From Candidatus Saccharimonadota bacterium (GTDB lineage: Bacteria > Patescibacteriota > Saccharimonadia > Saccharimonadales > JACDBH01), in the NCBI GenBank assembly GCA_013694995.1, contig JACDBH010000001.1:2145-66144 (forward strand): DNA of 64,000 bases, read 5' to 3'. The first letter of the stretch is position 1. Every line of letters begins with the position of its first letter. Shown piece by piece: positions 15,853 through 25,709 of this stretch. Both the position numbers and the translations under genes were made by a program. A model generated the notes under the pieces. That model ran no database searches and was not told where the DNA came from. It saw nothing but the letters and a program-made list of their open reading frames with translations.

Positions 15853-17091
15853 TTATTCGTAGCGCAGTGATTCTATAGGATCTTTGCGTGCTGCTTTGAC
15901 GGCGGGGATTGTACCAAAAATTATGCCCACAATTGCCGATACGCCAACGGCGAGGGCTACAATCTGCCAGGTCACGGCCGGCTGTAGGTCAGTAGTAATC
16001 CGAAGCAGGGCATTGCCAGCTAGAGCCACGATGATTCCGACAATCCCGCCAACGGTGCTAATAACTGCTGCTTCAATTAAGAACTGATGGTAAATTTGCC
16101 GGTTGGTAGCGCCCAAACTCTTACGGACGCCGATTTCGCGTGTTCGCTCGGTAACATTCACGAACATAATATTCATTATTCCGATGCCTCCGACCAGCAG
16201 GGATATGGCAGCGATTCCCGCAACAAAAGATGTGGCAATCGCCACAGTATTTCGGGCTACTATGGCGGTTTCGTTGCCTTTAAGTACTGTAAAATCTTGT
16301 TGATTGCCATGGTTTTTTAGTAGGAGGGCAGTGGTTGCTTCGGCTATTTGCTCAGCCGAAACATCATCTTTTGGGGTAATGAGCAGCTGGAAAATCGGCG
16401 GGTTAGCAGAGGTAATACTTTGAGCCGTCGTGTAGGAGATAAAAATGGCTTTATTGAAATCGGTAACAGCGCTGAGCGGATTAGTTTTGAACTCGTCAAA
16501 AATGCCGCCGACAACAAAATCATGCCCTCTTATCGTGAGTAGTTTGCCCAAAGGAACATTCTCATTAAACAGTTCTTCGGCAACACGCTTGCCGATAATG
16601 GCCACGCGCCGGCTGGACGTCGAGTCTTGGAAAAACCCGCCGTAAACTACTTTTTGATTTATTATTTCCGGTAGTTTAGCAGTTGTTGCGACAACAGTAG
16701 CTTCGGGATAGCTCTCGCCCTCGAAGTTAGTTGCAAGCCCGGAAACCGTACTTAGAGGCACGACCGTGCCCGCGTTTGGTAGTTTGCCGATTGCCTCATA
16801 ATCCTGGTAGGTGAGGGTATTGACACCCAATGAAGCCAGATAATTAACGTCAGTAATAACCCCATCGGCCGACCGCTTGACGATCTGGCCGGAGCGAACT
16901 GTTACCAGGCTGTCATTGGAAGTCTGGTTAGTATCCGCAACCTGGCGTCTAATCCCTTCCCCCAAAGAAATCGTTAAGATAACAGATGAAACCCCGATAA
17001 TTATGCCCACCATAGTTAGTAAACTGCGCAATTTATTGCTGCGGATAGATTGCAGCGCCATGCGAGCGTTGCTGTTGAGTAGTAAGGTCAT
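15853..17091 (-). CDS. ABC transporter permease, MacB/FtsX type
   Basis: 412 aa with an N-terminal TM, a large extracytoplasmic domain and a C-terminal FtsX-type TM bundle. Overlaps the ATPase gene by 4 bp. Confidence 0.85.
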   Translation of the reverse strand: MTLLLNSNARMALQSIRSNKLRSLLTMVGIIIGVSSVILTISLGEGIRRQVADTNQTSNDSLVTVRSGQIVKRSADGVITDVNYLASLGVNTLTYQDYEAIGKLPNAGTVVPLSTVSGLATNFEGESYPEATVVATTAKLPEIINQKVVYGGFFQDSTSSRRVAIIGKRVAEELFNENVPLGKLLTIRGHDFVVGGIFDEFKTNPLSAVTDFNKAIFISYTTAQSITSANPPIFQLLITPKDDVSAEQIAEATTALLLKNHGNQQDFTVLKGNETAIVARNTVAIATSFVAGIAAISLLVGGIGIMNIMFVNVTERTREIGVRKSLGATNRQIYHQFLIEAAVISTVGGIVGIIVALAGNALLRITTDLQPAVTWQIVALAVGVSAIVGIIFGTIPAVKAARKDPIESLRYE

Positions 17092-17981
17092 GTGCGCAAC
17101 TTCCGTTTGGGAGACTTTGCCGTTTTACGTACAGCACGCTTACGTTTCTTGGTTTTTGGTTGTAAGACTTTACGTGGCGGAGCTGCCTTGGCTGGAATGG
17201 CATTAATGAAGGCGGATACACCAGCCAACTGTTCGTCCTCGTCGCTACTGGGTCGTTCTTCGCCGCCGGATCGTGCCCGGGCTGGAACTTCTCCGAGCTT
17301 CGTTTTTTCATCGTAAATAATGCAGCCATCATGCATATACAGTACCCGGGTAGCATAGCGGGTCAGCTCCGGATTATGGGTGACCATCAGGATAGTACTT
17401 CCGGTTGCATGAAGTTCAGCTAAGATTTCCATAACTATCCGGCTGCTCAAAGAATCAAGATTACCAGTAGGTTCGTCAGCGATTATAAGGCTAGGACTAT
17501 TAACTAGTGCCCTGGCTATGGCTACTCGCTGCGCCTGGCCGCCGCTTAGAGCTTTAGGATAAAAATATTCGCGGTCGCTAAGTCCAACTCGTTCCAGTGC
17601 AGAGGAGGCCTGCTTAAGGCGCTTGGTCTGCGTCATACCTTTATAGGCAAGGGGAAGGGCGACGTTTTCAATCGCTGTCAGACGCGGCAAAAGGTTGAAA
17701 GACTGGAATACAAAGCCTATGTGGTCACGGCGGGCCTTAGCCAAGCGGTTCGGGCGCAGTTTGGATACTAATCGACTGCCGAGCGTATAGGTGCCGTGGG
17801 TTGGCCGGTCTAGTAGGCCAATGATATGAAGAAGCGACGATTTACCTGAGCCAGATGGTCCCATGATAGCAACGAATTCACCTTTTTCTATGCCCAGACT
17901 GATGTCTTCCAACGCCACAGTCGTGGCATTTCCAAAGCCATAAATACGCGACACTTCTTTGAGGTCTATCACTGTTGCCAT
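17088..17981 (-). CDS. ABC transporter ATP-binding protein (MacB/LolD type) with a basic C-terminal tail
   Basis: Walker [10 protein letters not shown], signature LSGGQAQR, Walker [13 protein letters not shown], then a ~70-aa extension ending [22 protein letters not shown]. Confidence 0.9.
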   Translation of the reverse strand: MATVIDLKEVSRIYGFGNATTVALEDISLGIEKGEFVAIMGPSGSGKSSLLHIIGLLDRPTHGTYTLGSRLVSKLRPNRLAKARRDHIGFVFQSFNLLPRLTAIENVALPLAYKGMTQTKRLKQASSALERVGLSDREYFYPKALSGGQAQRVAIARALVNSPSLIIADEPTGNLDSLSSRIVMEILAELHATGSTILMVTHNPELTRYATRVLYMHDGCIIYDEKTKLGEVPARARSGGEERPSSDEDEQLAGVSAFINAIPAKAAPPRKVLQPKTKKRKRAVRKTAKSPKRKLRT

Positions 17982-18075
17982 AGTTATACTATTCTACGCA
18001 GTTTTACCATATTTTCGCAAGGTGTAAAACGATGTAATTTTAAGATATAATTACGACTTGGCTTTTGCCAAATAC

Positions 18076-18165
18076 GGAAGGGTCGCATAGTGGCCTAGTG
18101 CGCTGCCTTGGAAAGGCAGTATACCCGCAAGGGTATCGAGGGTTCAAATCCCTCTCCTTCCGCCA
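18076..18165 (+). tRNA. tRNA-Ser (anticodon GGA), CCA encoded
   Basis: Hand-folded cloverleaf. Acceptor GGAAGGG/TCCTTCC; anticodon stem CTGCC/GGCAG with loop TTGGAAA; long variable arm TACCC-GCAA-GGGTA; T arm GAGGG-TTCAAAT-CCCTC; discriminator G plus CCA. Confidence 0.9.
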
Positions 18166-18176
18166 AACCACCTAAT

Positions 18177-19670
18177 TTACTCAGCCGGCACTGTAACTGT
18201 AATCTGATTGCTGTAATTGTCACAGGCGCCGTCAGAATATCGGCACACTTTTACATAGTACTTGGTTTCAGTAGATTTGGCTGCAAGGTACAAGCCTGTT
18301 TGTCGTTCGTCTGGTCCCACAAACTGGGCGTCTGACCCGGGGTAGACGGGGCTACCAGAAGTATTCCAAACAACCTTAAAGCCGTCACCATCGATATAGC
18401 TGCTGGTCGTCGACCAGGTCACCTGATACTTACCGTCTATATAGCCGGCATAAGACACGATAATCTCCGTTGCGGCTGTAAGTGATTTATTCTTGAAAAT
18501 TACTGAGATACTTACAACACTTTTATTACCGGTCTTGTCCTTGGAGATAACTTCATACTTTGAAGTGCCGATAATACCTGCAACACTATCGCTCTCAAAA
18601 CTTCCGTCAGCCGCGACGGTAACAGGAATAGGGGCACTGCCTGATACGGATACGGATTGAACTGTTAGAGTAGCACCAACCTCAGTCTTGCCCTTAAAGA
18701 CAACAGAACTGCTACTGTCTGTGGAATCAACAGTAATGGTAGAGCCATTTGACGGGGAAGTGAGTGATAGCTCAGGCGAAGAGATGTCCTTTAAAAAGCC
18801 TAAGTGATCTTTGAAATCATCGATTTTCTCATCCTCGTCACGACACCATTTGACGAAACTATCAGTTTTGATGGCTTCTATATCCAAAGGTGTGATAGTT
18901 CCATTTTTTGTAGTATCAGCGGCGATCTTAACAAGCAGTTTCTCGCCTTCTGCAATGGTCTTGTCTGAAGTTCCTTCGGTTACTTTGCTCTCATATACCT
19001 CGACGGATTCCTCGTCCCCGGTCGTAGTGGTCTTAAAAGCTGTGCCAAGGGCGGTATAAGTGCCATTATTGGTTTCAATAGTGTAAGTGCCTTCGATTGA
19101 GGGGCTGACACGGCTATAGACATGGCCATTGTTCTGCATGATGACAATCTCATCGGAGTTCAGGCTGGTCAGAATTATTTCGGTATCACCGTTAAGCCGG
19201 GCAAAACTGCCGTTTTCTAGGGCGATTGTTGCCCGCGAAGTGGCGCCGGCAGTGCGGATAGCATCACCCTCAGCGAGGATCGTATTAGTAGAAATTTCTG
19301 TGTATTCACTACCATCTTTTAGCTCGACGGCGCCTTCAATATAACTTACGGTTGCGGAAACCTTAGTGACTACTTTGTCTGAGGAGTTTTGATCCGCTGT
19401 TTGTTTTTGAGAGTTTGACTGGCTCAGCATGGCTATGGTGCCGCCGATAACAATTATTAGAGCAACAGCAACTATCGCGAATAATTTTTTGTGGGCTATT
19501 AGTTTATCTTTTAGCCTGGCTGATTTAGCAAGTAGCAACTTTGGGCGTGATACCGAAGGGGACTTCACTTCACTCTCTACTGCGGGTGCCTCGGTTTTAG
19601 CAATATCTAACTCCTCGGGCTTTTGGTTCTCAGTTTCCATTTGAGGTTCATCTTTTGAAGGGTCATTCAT
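18177..19670 (-). CDS. membrane-anchored FecR-domain protein with Ser/Thr-rich Ig-like C-terminal region
   Basis: Single TM (LFAIVAVALIIVIGGTIAML) and a FecR-like segment GDAIRTAGATSRATIALENGSFARLNGDTEIIL. ATG 19670 is preceded by GGTGAG; the ORF-track TTG at 19736 is less likely. Confidence 0.5.
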   Translation of the reverse strand: MNDPSKDEPQMETENQKPEELDIAKTEAPAVESEVKSPSVSRPKLLLAKSARLKDKLIAHKKLFAIVAVALIIVIGGTIAMLSQSNSQKQTADQNSSDKVVTKVSATVSYIEGAVELKDGSEYTEISTNTILAEGDAIRTAGATSRATIALENGSFARLNGDTEIILTSLNSDEIVIMQNNGHVYSRVSPSIEGTYTIETNNGTYTALGTAFKTTTTGDEESVEVYESKVTEGTSDKTIAEGEKLLVKIAADTTKNGTITPLDIEAIKTDSFVKWCRDEDEKIDDFKDHLGFLKDISSPELSLTSPSNGSTITVDSTDSSSSVVFKGKTEVGATLTVQSVSVSGSAPIPVTVAADGSFESDSVAGIIGTSKYEVISKDKTGNKSVVSISVIFKNKSLTAATEIIVSYAGYIDGKYQVTWSTTSSYIDGDGFKVVWNTSGSPVYPGSDAQFVGPDERQTGLYLAAKSTETKYYVKVCRYSDGACDNYSNQITVTVPAE

Positions 19671-19741
19671 GACAGTTCTCTCACCTTGATTAACGTCACC
19701 AGTAGCATACAGCTTACGATTACTGTACGCAACCAAGAGCT

Positions 19742-19972
19742 TTACAAGCTCAAATAGATGTGGCGCGCCTTGTGGTCAGCATCTGCCTCCATTGATTGCA
19801 ACAAGGCTAGTTGCTGCCTAAAAAGAGAGTGTTGCTCGGCCGTAGGCTGTTGTAAATGCTCTATTATTGAGCCATTAATAATAACACCTACTCTTTTTAC
19901 TATAGTTTCTTTCCTTTCATTTAGCTCGTGAGTGTGGGATTCATCTGGCGCAATCTCATAATTATTAGACAT
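19742..19972 (-). CDS. hypothetical protein (76 aa)
   Basis: ORF only. Confidence 0.35.
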   Translation of the reverse strand: MSNNYEIAPDESHTHELNERKETIVKRVGVIINGSIIEHLQQPTAEQHSLFRQQLALLQSMEADADHKARHIYLSL

Positions 19973-19985
19973 TACTTCTGTTATA

Positions 19986-20525
19986 TCATGGTTCTAAGTA
20001 AAACCGCCAGTGTTTATCAACTGCTTTCTTAATGCCGATACGAGGGCTGGTTAGTATATTTGTAACTTTTTGCGTCGGTGCAAGGAGTTCAAGCTTTGTT
20101 TTTGTAATATGCAAACCGCTATAGGTAGGCGGAATCGTCAGTGCTTGTACCAGCGAGCCAGGCCCTTTAGTTAGCTGGCGTATATCTTCTGTTTTTCTAT
20201 TCTGTTTCATAAGCTCCAAGCCGCGAGTTGGTCTTAAGGCACGAATCAGGATGGCTTCGCCGTGGCCTTTCGACCCGGTAACGATATTAAGGCACCAGTG
20301 CATGCCGTAGATGAAGTACATATAAATTGTTCCGGCTTCTTCAAACATCGGTGCCGTGCGCTTAGTGCGACCCCGGAAGCTGTGCGAGGCTTCGTCTTCC
20401 TCTGTATAAGCCTCAGTTTCAATAATAATCCCGCCAATATCGCCAGCAGAAGTGTAGTGTATTAATTCCCAACCAAGCAAGCTTTTGGCCCCCTTCATAG
20501 AATCCGATAGATTAGGCATTAACAT
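19986..20525 (-). CDS. mpg: DNA-3-methyladenine glycosylase (Mpg/AAG family)
   Basis: IIETEAYTEEDEASHSFRGRTKRTAPMF...YMYFIYGMHWCLNIV matches the MPG family core. Confidence 0.85.
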   Translation of the reverse strand: MLMPNLSDSMKGAKSLLGWELIHYTSAGDIGGIIIETEAYTEEDEASHSFRGRTKRTAPMFEEAGTIYMYFIYGMHWCLNIVTGSKGHGEAILIRALRPTRGLELMKQNRKTEDIRQLTKGPGSLVQALTIPPTYSGLHITKTKLELLAPTQKVTNILTSPRIGIKKAVDKHWRFYLEP

Positions 20526-20553
20526 ACTTCTAGATTAGCAGTACGATGGTTAT

Positions 20554-20979
20554 ATGCAGAGCAAAGCTACGACTGTCGAAGAATATATTAGAGAATTGCC
20601 ACAGGAGCGCAAAGTAATCATTAAACAAATTGATAAGTGCATTCGCAAAGCCGCCCCGGAGCTGGAGCGTGAAGAAAATATTTTTATGTTGTACGGCATG
20701 ATCGGCTACGGCAAATACCACTACAAATACGCAAGCGGTCGCGAAGGTGACTGGGCGGTTATCGGTCTGGCGAGTCAAAAAAATTACGTCAGTGTCTACT
20801 TATGCGCCGCCGATAAAGACGGATATATTGCAGAGAACAACAAGGACCGCCTAGGCAAGGTAAATGTTGGCAAAGGCTGTATCAGGCTCAAGAAAATAGA
20901 AGACATTAACCTAAAAGTTCTGGAAGAATTAGTCAAAAAATCGATTAATCTTGCCAAAAATGGCCAGTTTGCGATGTAA
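20554..20979 (+). CDS. DUF1801 (YdhG-like) domain protein
   Basis: 141 aa; TVEEYIRELPQERKVIIKQI...YGMIGYGKYHYKYASGREGDW..GLASQKNYVSVYL pattern. Confidence 0.65.
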   Translation: MQSKATTVEEYIRELPQERKVIIKQIDKCIRKAAPELEREENIFMLYGMIGYGKYHYKYASGREGDWAVIGLASQKNYVSVYLCAADKDGYIAENNKDRLGKVNVGKGCIRLKKIEDINLKVLEELVKKSINLAKNGQFAM

Positions 20980-21035
20980 TTGCAACTCCACTTTAGTGAG
21001 AGTACGCTAGAAACAGTAACAGCGAAGGGACGGAC

Positions 21036-21605
21036 ATGGAAAACCAATTGTTTCATAAAGCAGCGCACATGGTTAATTCAGTCATGCGTCAGGTAAAAAC
21101 AGAGGATTTAGGCAAACCTACCCCTTGTAGTAAATGGGATGTAAACGCGCTTTGCAACCATATTCTCAGCGAAACTGCCTGGATCGAACCACTTCTAGCC
21201 GGCAAAACTATAGCTGAAGTTGGTACGGCACTAGACGGTGATTTAGTCCAGGGTAAGCCGCTCGAAGCCTGGCAACGCTACATGCAGTCTGCAGTAAACG
21301 CAGCCAGCAGTACTCCACCCGAAACAACGGCGCATTTGTCATATACCGATAAGCCAGTCACCGATTATTTGAATGAGGTCGGCGGCGACTTAATTGTACA
21401 TGGCTGGGATCTGGCTCGTGCTGTTGGCGTCGAATATATAATTGACGATGAAACAGCTAGACTAATCCAAAAAGGCGCCGAACCAACAATGCCGATGGCT
21501 CGAGAGGCTGGATTGTTCGCGAGCGAAGTAGTGCCTAAGCCGGATTGTAGTCAAGCCGAAAAGTTGCTAGCAGCCTTTGGACGTGATATAAACTGGGGAA
21601 TATGA
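21036..21605 (+). CDS. DinB/MDMPI-like metal-binding protein (TIGR03086-like, actinobacterial type)
   Basis: PTPCSKWDVNALCNHILSE near the N-terminus and KLLAAFGRDINW at the C-terminus, as I recall for the mycothiol-dependent maleylpyruvate isomerase N-domain / TIGR03086 family. Confidence 0.65.
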   Translation: MENQLFHKAAHMVNSVMRQVKTEDLGKPTPCSKWDVNALCNHILSETAWIEPLLAGKTIAEVGTALDGDLVQGKPLEAWQRYMQSAVNAASSTPPETTAHLSYTDKPVTDYLNEVGGDLIVHGWDLARAVGVEYIIDDETARLIQKGAEPTMPMAREAGLFASEVVPKPDCSQAEKLLAAFGRDINWGI

Positions 21606-22324
21606 AACCCCTCAATACTGTTGATGATATAAAGTCTTTAGGTACTATTTTAGGTGTCTGGGCCCACCCGGATGACGAAACCTTTTCTATGGGCGGGATT
21701 ATGGCGGCCGCTGTAGGTAACGGGCAAAAGGTTTCATGCGTGACTGCAACCCGCGGCGAAGCTGGGGTACAGGATGAATCACGCTGGCCAGCCGCAAGAT
21801 TAGGTGAAATCCGCACAGCTGAACTGAGAGCTTCCATGGAAATCTTAGGTGTCACTGACCATTGTTGGCTGGATTATCCGGACGGTAAATGTAACGTAGT
21901 ACCAACTGAGGACGGCGTGGGTCGTATCGCTGATTGCATTAACAGGTGTCAGCCAGATACTATCTTAACTTTTGGACCGGACGGTATGACCGGCCACCCT
22001 GACCACCAAACAGTTTCAGACTGGGCTAAAAGGGCTATGGAATATACCGGCAGTCAGGCAAATCTCTACTATGCCGTTCAAACTCATGCACAGTATGATG
22101 CAATGATTGAGGCAGACAAGCAGTTCAATATTTTTTTCAATATCGATAAGCCGCCAACGTGCGAGTCTGGGCAATGTAGTGTATGTTTTGAGCTCGATGA
22201 TAATTTATATTTATGCAAAATTGCCGCCCTCAAAGCCATGCCGTCGCAAACAGAAAGTATTATGCAGTTTTTTGAGGATTCCTTACGTACCAGCCTCGGT
22301 ACTGAAGCATTCGTAAAAGCCTAA
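21602..22324 (+). CDS. PIG-L/LmbE family deacetylase
   Basis: ILGVWAHPDDETFSMGG and GHPDHQ zinc motifs. ATGA overlap with the upstream gene. Confidence 0.8.
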   Translation: MKPLNTVDDIKSLGTILGVWAHPDDETFSMGGIMAAAVGNGQKVSCVTATRGEAGVQDESRWPAARLGEIRTAELRASMEILGVTDHCWLDYPDGKCNVVPTEDGVGRIADCINRCQPDTILTFGPDGMTGHPDHQTVSDWAKRAMEYTGSQANLYYAVQTHAQYDAMIEADKQFNIFFNIDKPPTCESGQCSVCFELDDNLYLCKIAALKAMPSQTESIMQFFEDSLRTSLGTEAFVKA

Positions 22325-22361
22325 TATTTAATCATCGAATTAACCAATAAGCATAAGCTAC

Positions 22362-22934
22362 TCAGTATTCGGCCGTTACGGGAATACCTTTTCTAACTGA
22401 GGTTCCGAGTTCGTAAAGAACACTTTTGATGGCGGAATTAGCTGCTTCTTCGTCAACAATATTGCCTTCGAGGTCTATTTCTTTCATGAATCTTAGGTTT
22501 GCTTCGGTTTCCATAGCCTTGGCACTAATAGTACTGCCCATAATGTCACGCAGATGCTTAATAGCCCTAGCTCCGCCAACCCAGCCGTAACCTACAAATG
22601 CTACGGGCTTACCGCTCCATTCATGGTATATCCAGTCGATGGCGTTTTTTAGTACAGCAGTCAGGCTGTGATTATATTCGGCAACTAAAAATAGTACAGC
22701 GTCAGTTTCGCCGATAATCCTAGTCCAGTTAATAACGTTTGCATCTGTTGCTCTAAAATCTTCGCTAGATGGTGATGCCGGTGCATTAAACAGGGGCATA
22801 GGTAAATTTTTAAGATCGGCAACTGTTACTTCAAAATCCCCGAAGTTTGCGAGCTGAACTTTTACTTGTTTCAAAATATTATCGGCAATCCGGTTTTCGC
22901 GGGCACTTCCAATAACAACCATTAATTTTTTCAA
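22362..22934 (-). CDS. NAD(P)H-dependent FMN reductase family oxidoreductase
   Basis: MKKLMVVIGSARENR N-terminus and flavodoxin-like fold pattern (EYNHSLTAVLKNAIDW). Confidence 0.75.
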   Translation of the reverse strand: MKKLMVVIGSARENRIADNILKQVKVQLANFGDFEVTVADLKNLPMPLFNAPASPSSEDFRATDANVINWTRIIGETDAVLFLVAEYNHSLTAVLKNAIDWIYHEWSGKPVAFVGYGWVGGARAIKHLRDIMGSTISAKAMETEANLRFMKEIDLEGNIVDEEAANSAIKSVLYELGTSVRKGIPVTAEY

Positions 22935-22961
22935 TGGGGTTTCCTTTCTAAATAGTATTAT

Positions 22962-23237
22962 TTATAGTTTTGTTGCATCAATCCCATAGCTAACAAGCAG
23001 GGGATTATTAAGCTCGTAAATCTTCTCTGTACCTATCTTGCGATCGAGTACTACACCCGCTGTAACGAGTATTTTAAAATGGTGGCTCATGGCTGGCTGG
23101 CTAAGAGTTGAACAAGAACTGACATCATGGCAGCTGGCAGTATCGTTTGGCTTTTCGGCTAGGCAACGGACTATATCGAGCCGGGTTTTGTCAGCCAAAG
23201 CTTTGAGGACATTTACTTGGTTGTCATGCATAGACAT
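22962..23237 (-). CDS. ArsR/SmtB family transcriptional regulator
   Basis: 91 aa; LKALADKTRLDIVRCLA...LSQPAMSHHFKILVTAGVV winged-helix pattern. Confidence 0.85.
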   Translation of the reverse strand: MSMHDNQVNVLKALADKTRLDIVRCLAEKPNDTASCHDVSSCSTLSQPAMSHHFKILVTAGVVLDRKIGTEKIYELNNPLLVSYGIDATKL

Positions 23238-23242
23238 AGTAT

Positions 23243-23271
23243 ATATTAATTCAAATATTCAAATATGTAAA
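23243..23271 (-). promoter_or_regulatory. promoter TTTACA-17-TAATAT of arsR-family gene, with tandem TATTTGAA repeat in the spacer
   Basis: Minus strand: TTTACA (23271-23266), spacer TATTTGAATATTTGAAT, TAATAT (23248-23243), then 5 nt and ATG 23237, implying a leaderless transcript. Confidence 0.55.
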
Positions 23272-23318
23272 TACTTAAAATTATTAAAAGTTGCATTGAT
23301 TGATATAATTAGTAAGAT

Positions 23319-23996
23319 ATGGCAAAGCATATTTTCCCCGGCATACAAAGCTTACAGCCTCTGCTGTTGCTCTCAGTTCTGAGTATCAGTGTGTATGTTC
23401 TTAGGCTTATTGTAACTGGCAGCGACCGCTATTGGTTTTTGAACTGGAACCTTGTGTTAGCTTGGCTGCCGCTGATATTTGCTTTTGGACTACGGAAAAT
23501 ACTTCGCGAACGGCCATGGGCCAGTTGGCAGGCAATTTTATTGACTATCGGATGGTTTAGCTTACTCCCTAACAGTTTCTATCTGGTGAGCGACTTCGTC
23601 CACTTGAATATCAGTGCCCAGAATGAAGTCAGCCTGCTTTATGACATCGTTCTATTGGTTAGCTTTGGCATCACTGGCCTGGCCATCGGATGCGCTAGTA
23701 CTTACATGGTTCATATGGAACTTAAAAAGCGCCTCAGTTGGCGCAATACTTGGGTAATTGTAGGGCTAGTTTTTATGTTATCCGGCTTTGCGGTTTATTT
23801 GGGGCGTTTTTTAGGCTGGAATAGTTGGGATCTTATACTCAACCTGCCAGGAATAACATCTGATATTTTAGACCGTATAATTAACCCTTCTTTATACCCG
23901 AATACGTTTACTATCACGCTCTTATTCTTTGCCTTCATTATGACGGTGTACAGCAGCTTTTATAGCTTTGTCCAGAGTCTTACCGACCAAAGATGA
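23319..23996 (+). CDS. DUF1361 family membrane protein
   Basis: 225 aa, multi-TM; NWNLVLAWLPLIFA and LPNSFYLVSDFVHL motifs. Confidence 0.7.
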   Translation: MAKHIFPGIQSLQPLLLLSVLSISVYVLRLIVTGSDRYWFLNWNLVLAWLPLIFAFGLRKILRERPWASWQAILLTIGWFSLLPNSFYLVSDFVHLNISAQNEVSLLYDIVLLVSFGITGLAIGCASTYMVHMELKKRLSWRNTWVIVGLVFMLSGFAVYLGRFLGWNSWDLILNLPGITSDILDRIINPSLYPNTFTITLLFFAFIMTVYSSFYSFVQSLTDQR

Positions 23997-24024
23997 TTCT
24001 GTCTCTGTTATACTATAGGGCAAT

Positions 24025-25695
24025 ATGGAAGAAATACGGAGCTTGGTTGCATCTTTGGTGAAGGATTTGTACGGCGTGGAGACGGAGATCAAGCTTACCC
24101 GCACCGAGGAACAGTTTGGCGACTATGCCACCAATGTGGCGCTGCAACTTGCAAATCGTCTCAATAAAAACTCCCGTGAGATTGCCGAGGAAATCGCCGG
24201 CAAACTGCATCATGCTTCGATTGCCAAGGCCGAAGTGGCAGGACCCGGATTTATCAATATCACCCTAAGTGATAAAACGCTCTTATCCCAGGCCACACTA
24301 ACACCACTAACAATTCTTGTAGGCAACAAAATACTAGTTGAATATTCAGACCCGAACCCATTCAAGCCGTTGCACGCTGGGCATCTGTATACGACGCTTG
24401 TCGGCGATATGATCGCCCGTTTAGTCAGTAATGCCGGCGCAGAAACCATACGGATTAATTACGGCGGCGATGTAGGTTTGCACGTTGGCAAGAGTATGTG
24501 GGCCATCATTAAGCATTTGGAGGGTGAGAACCCGGATAAGTTATCAGAAATCAATGAGGCTGAGCGGCCTAACTGGCTGGGGCAAAGGTACATAGAGGGT
24601 AATAATGCCTATGAAGAAGATGAAACTTCCAAACCGGAGATTATTAGTACCAACAAGCGGGTATATGAACTGCATGCTAGCTCTGACCATGAGTCGCAGT
24701 TCGCGCAAATCTACTGGGCATGCCGGAAGTGGAGTTATGATTATTTTGCACAGCTATATGAGCAGCTGGGAGTTGTGCCTTTCGACCGCTTTATTCCGGA
24801 GAGCGAAGTCACGGCATTGGGTGTGGCAACGGTTCAGGAACAACTTGCAAAAGGTGTGTTTGAGCGTAGCGACGGCGCGGTCATTTTTGATGGCGAAAAA
24901 CATAGCCTCCACAAACGTGTTTTTATCAACTCCGAGGGCTTGCCAACGTACGAGACTAAGGATATTGGCCTCAGCCTGAGGAAATGGCAGGACTATCAGT
25001 TTGACCGCTCAATTATCATCACTGCTAGTGAGCAGGGGCAGTATATGCAAGTGGTATTAAAGAGCCTGGAGCAGATTGCACCTGAGCTTGTCCGCCGTAC
25101 AACTCATTTAACGCATGGTGTAGTCAAGCTTCAGGGCGGAGTCAAGATGAGTTCACGGTTAGGTAACATTGTTACCGCGCAGGAAATAATCGAAGCCGCG
25201 CGGGAAGCTGGCAAGGCAACAGGCACCAATCCAAATGAGCAAACTATCCTGGCGGCTATAAAATACGCCTTCGCCCGTAATCGCATCGGTGGCGACATCG
25301 TCTATAACCCGGTGGAGTCCATCGCCTTAGAGGGAAACAGCGGCCCTTATTTACAATATGCCCATGCCCGCGCCCGTAGTATTTTGCACAAAACACAAAA
25401 TACGATGGAGGACCGAGGATCGAAGACTGAAGAACTAGAAAAAGAGGAGCGGACTTTGTTACGTAAAATCGGCGAGGCGTCAGATGTTATCGCTCAGGCT
25501 ACTGATGAGCTGATGCCGCACTATATCTGCACGTACTTGTACGAGCTGGCCCAAACGTTCAACCGTTTTTATGAAAATAACCGGGTAATAGGTGACGAGC
25601 GTGAAGTCTTACGGCTTGAATTAGTAAAAAATTATGCCGATACATTGCAACATGGCCTCGGTTTGCTCGGCATACACGCCCCAGATAAAATGTAG
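24025..25695 (+). CDS. argS: arginyl-tRNA synthetase
   Basis: 556 aa; EYSDPNPFKPLHAGHLYTTLVGD (HIGH region), SSRLGNIVT, C-terminal anticodon-binding domain. Confidence 0.95.
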   Translation: MEEIRSLVASLVKDLYGVETEIKLTRTEEQFGDYATNVALQLANRLNKNSREIAEEIAGKLHHASIAKAEVAGPGFINITLSDKTLLSQATLTPLTILVGNKILVEYSDPNPFKPLHAGHLYTTLVGDMIARLVSNAGAETIRINYGGDVGLHVGKSMWAIIKHLEGENPDKLSEINEAERPNWLGQRYIEGNNAYEEDETSKPEIISTNKRVYELHASSDHESQFAQIYWACRKWSYDYFAQLYEQLGVVPFDRFIPESEVTALGVATVQEQLAKGVFERSDGAVIFDGEKHSLHKRVFINSEGLPTYETKDIGLSLRKWQDYQFDRSIIITASEQGQYMQVVLKSLEQIAPELVRRTTHLTHGVVKLQGGVKMSSRLGNIVTAQEIIEAAREAGKATGTNPNEQTILAAIKYAFARNRIGGDIVYNPVESIALEGNSGPYLQYAHARARSILHKTQNTMEDRGSKTEELEKEERTLLRKIGEASDVIAQATDELMPHYICTYLYELAQTFNRFYENNRVIGDEREVLRLELVKNYADTLQHGLGLLGIHAPDKM

Positions 25696-25709
25696 TAAAA
25701 GGAAAAACA

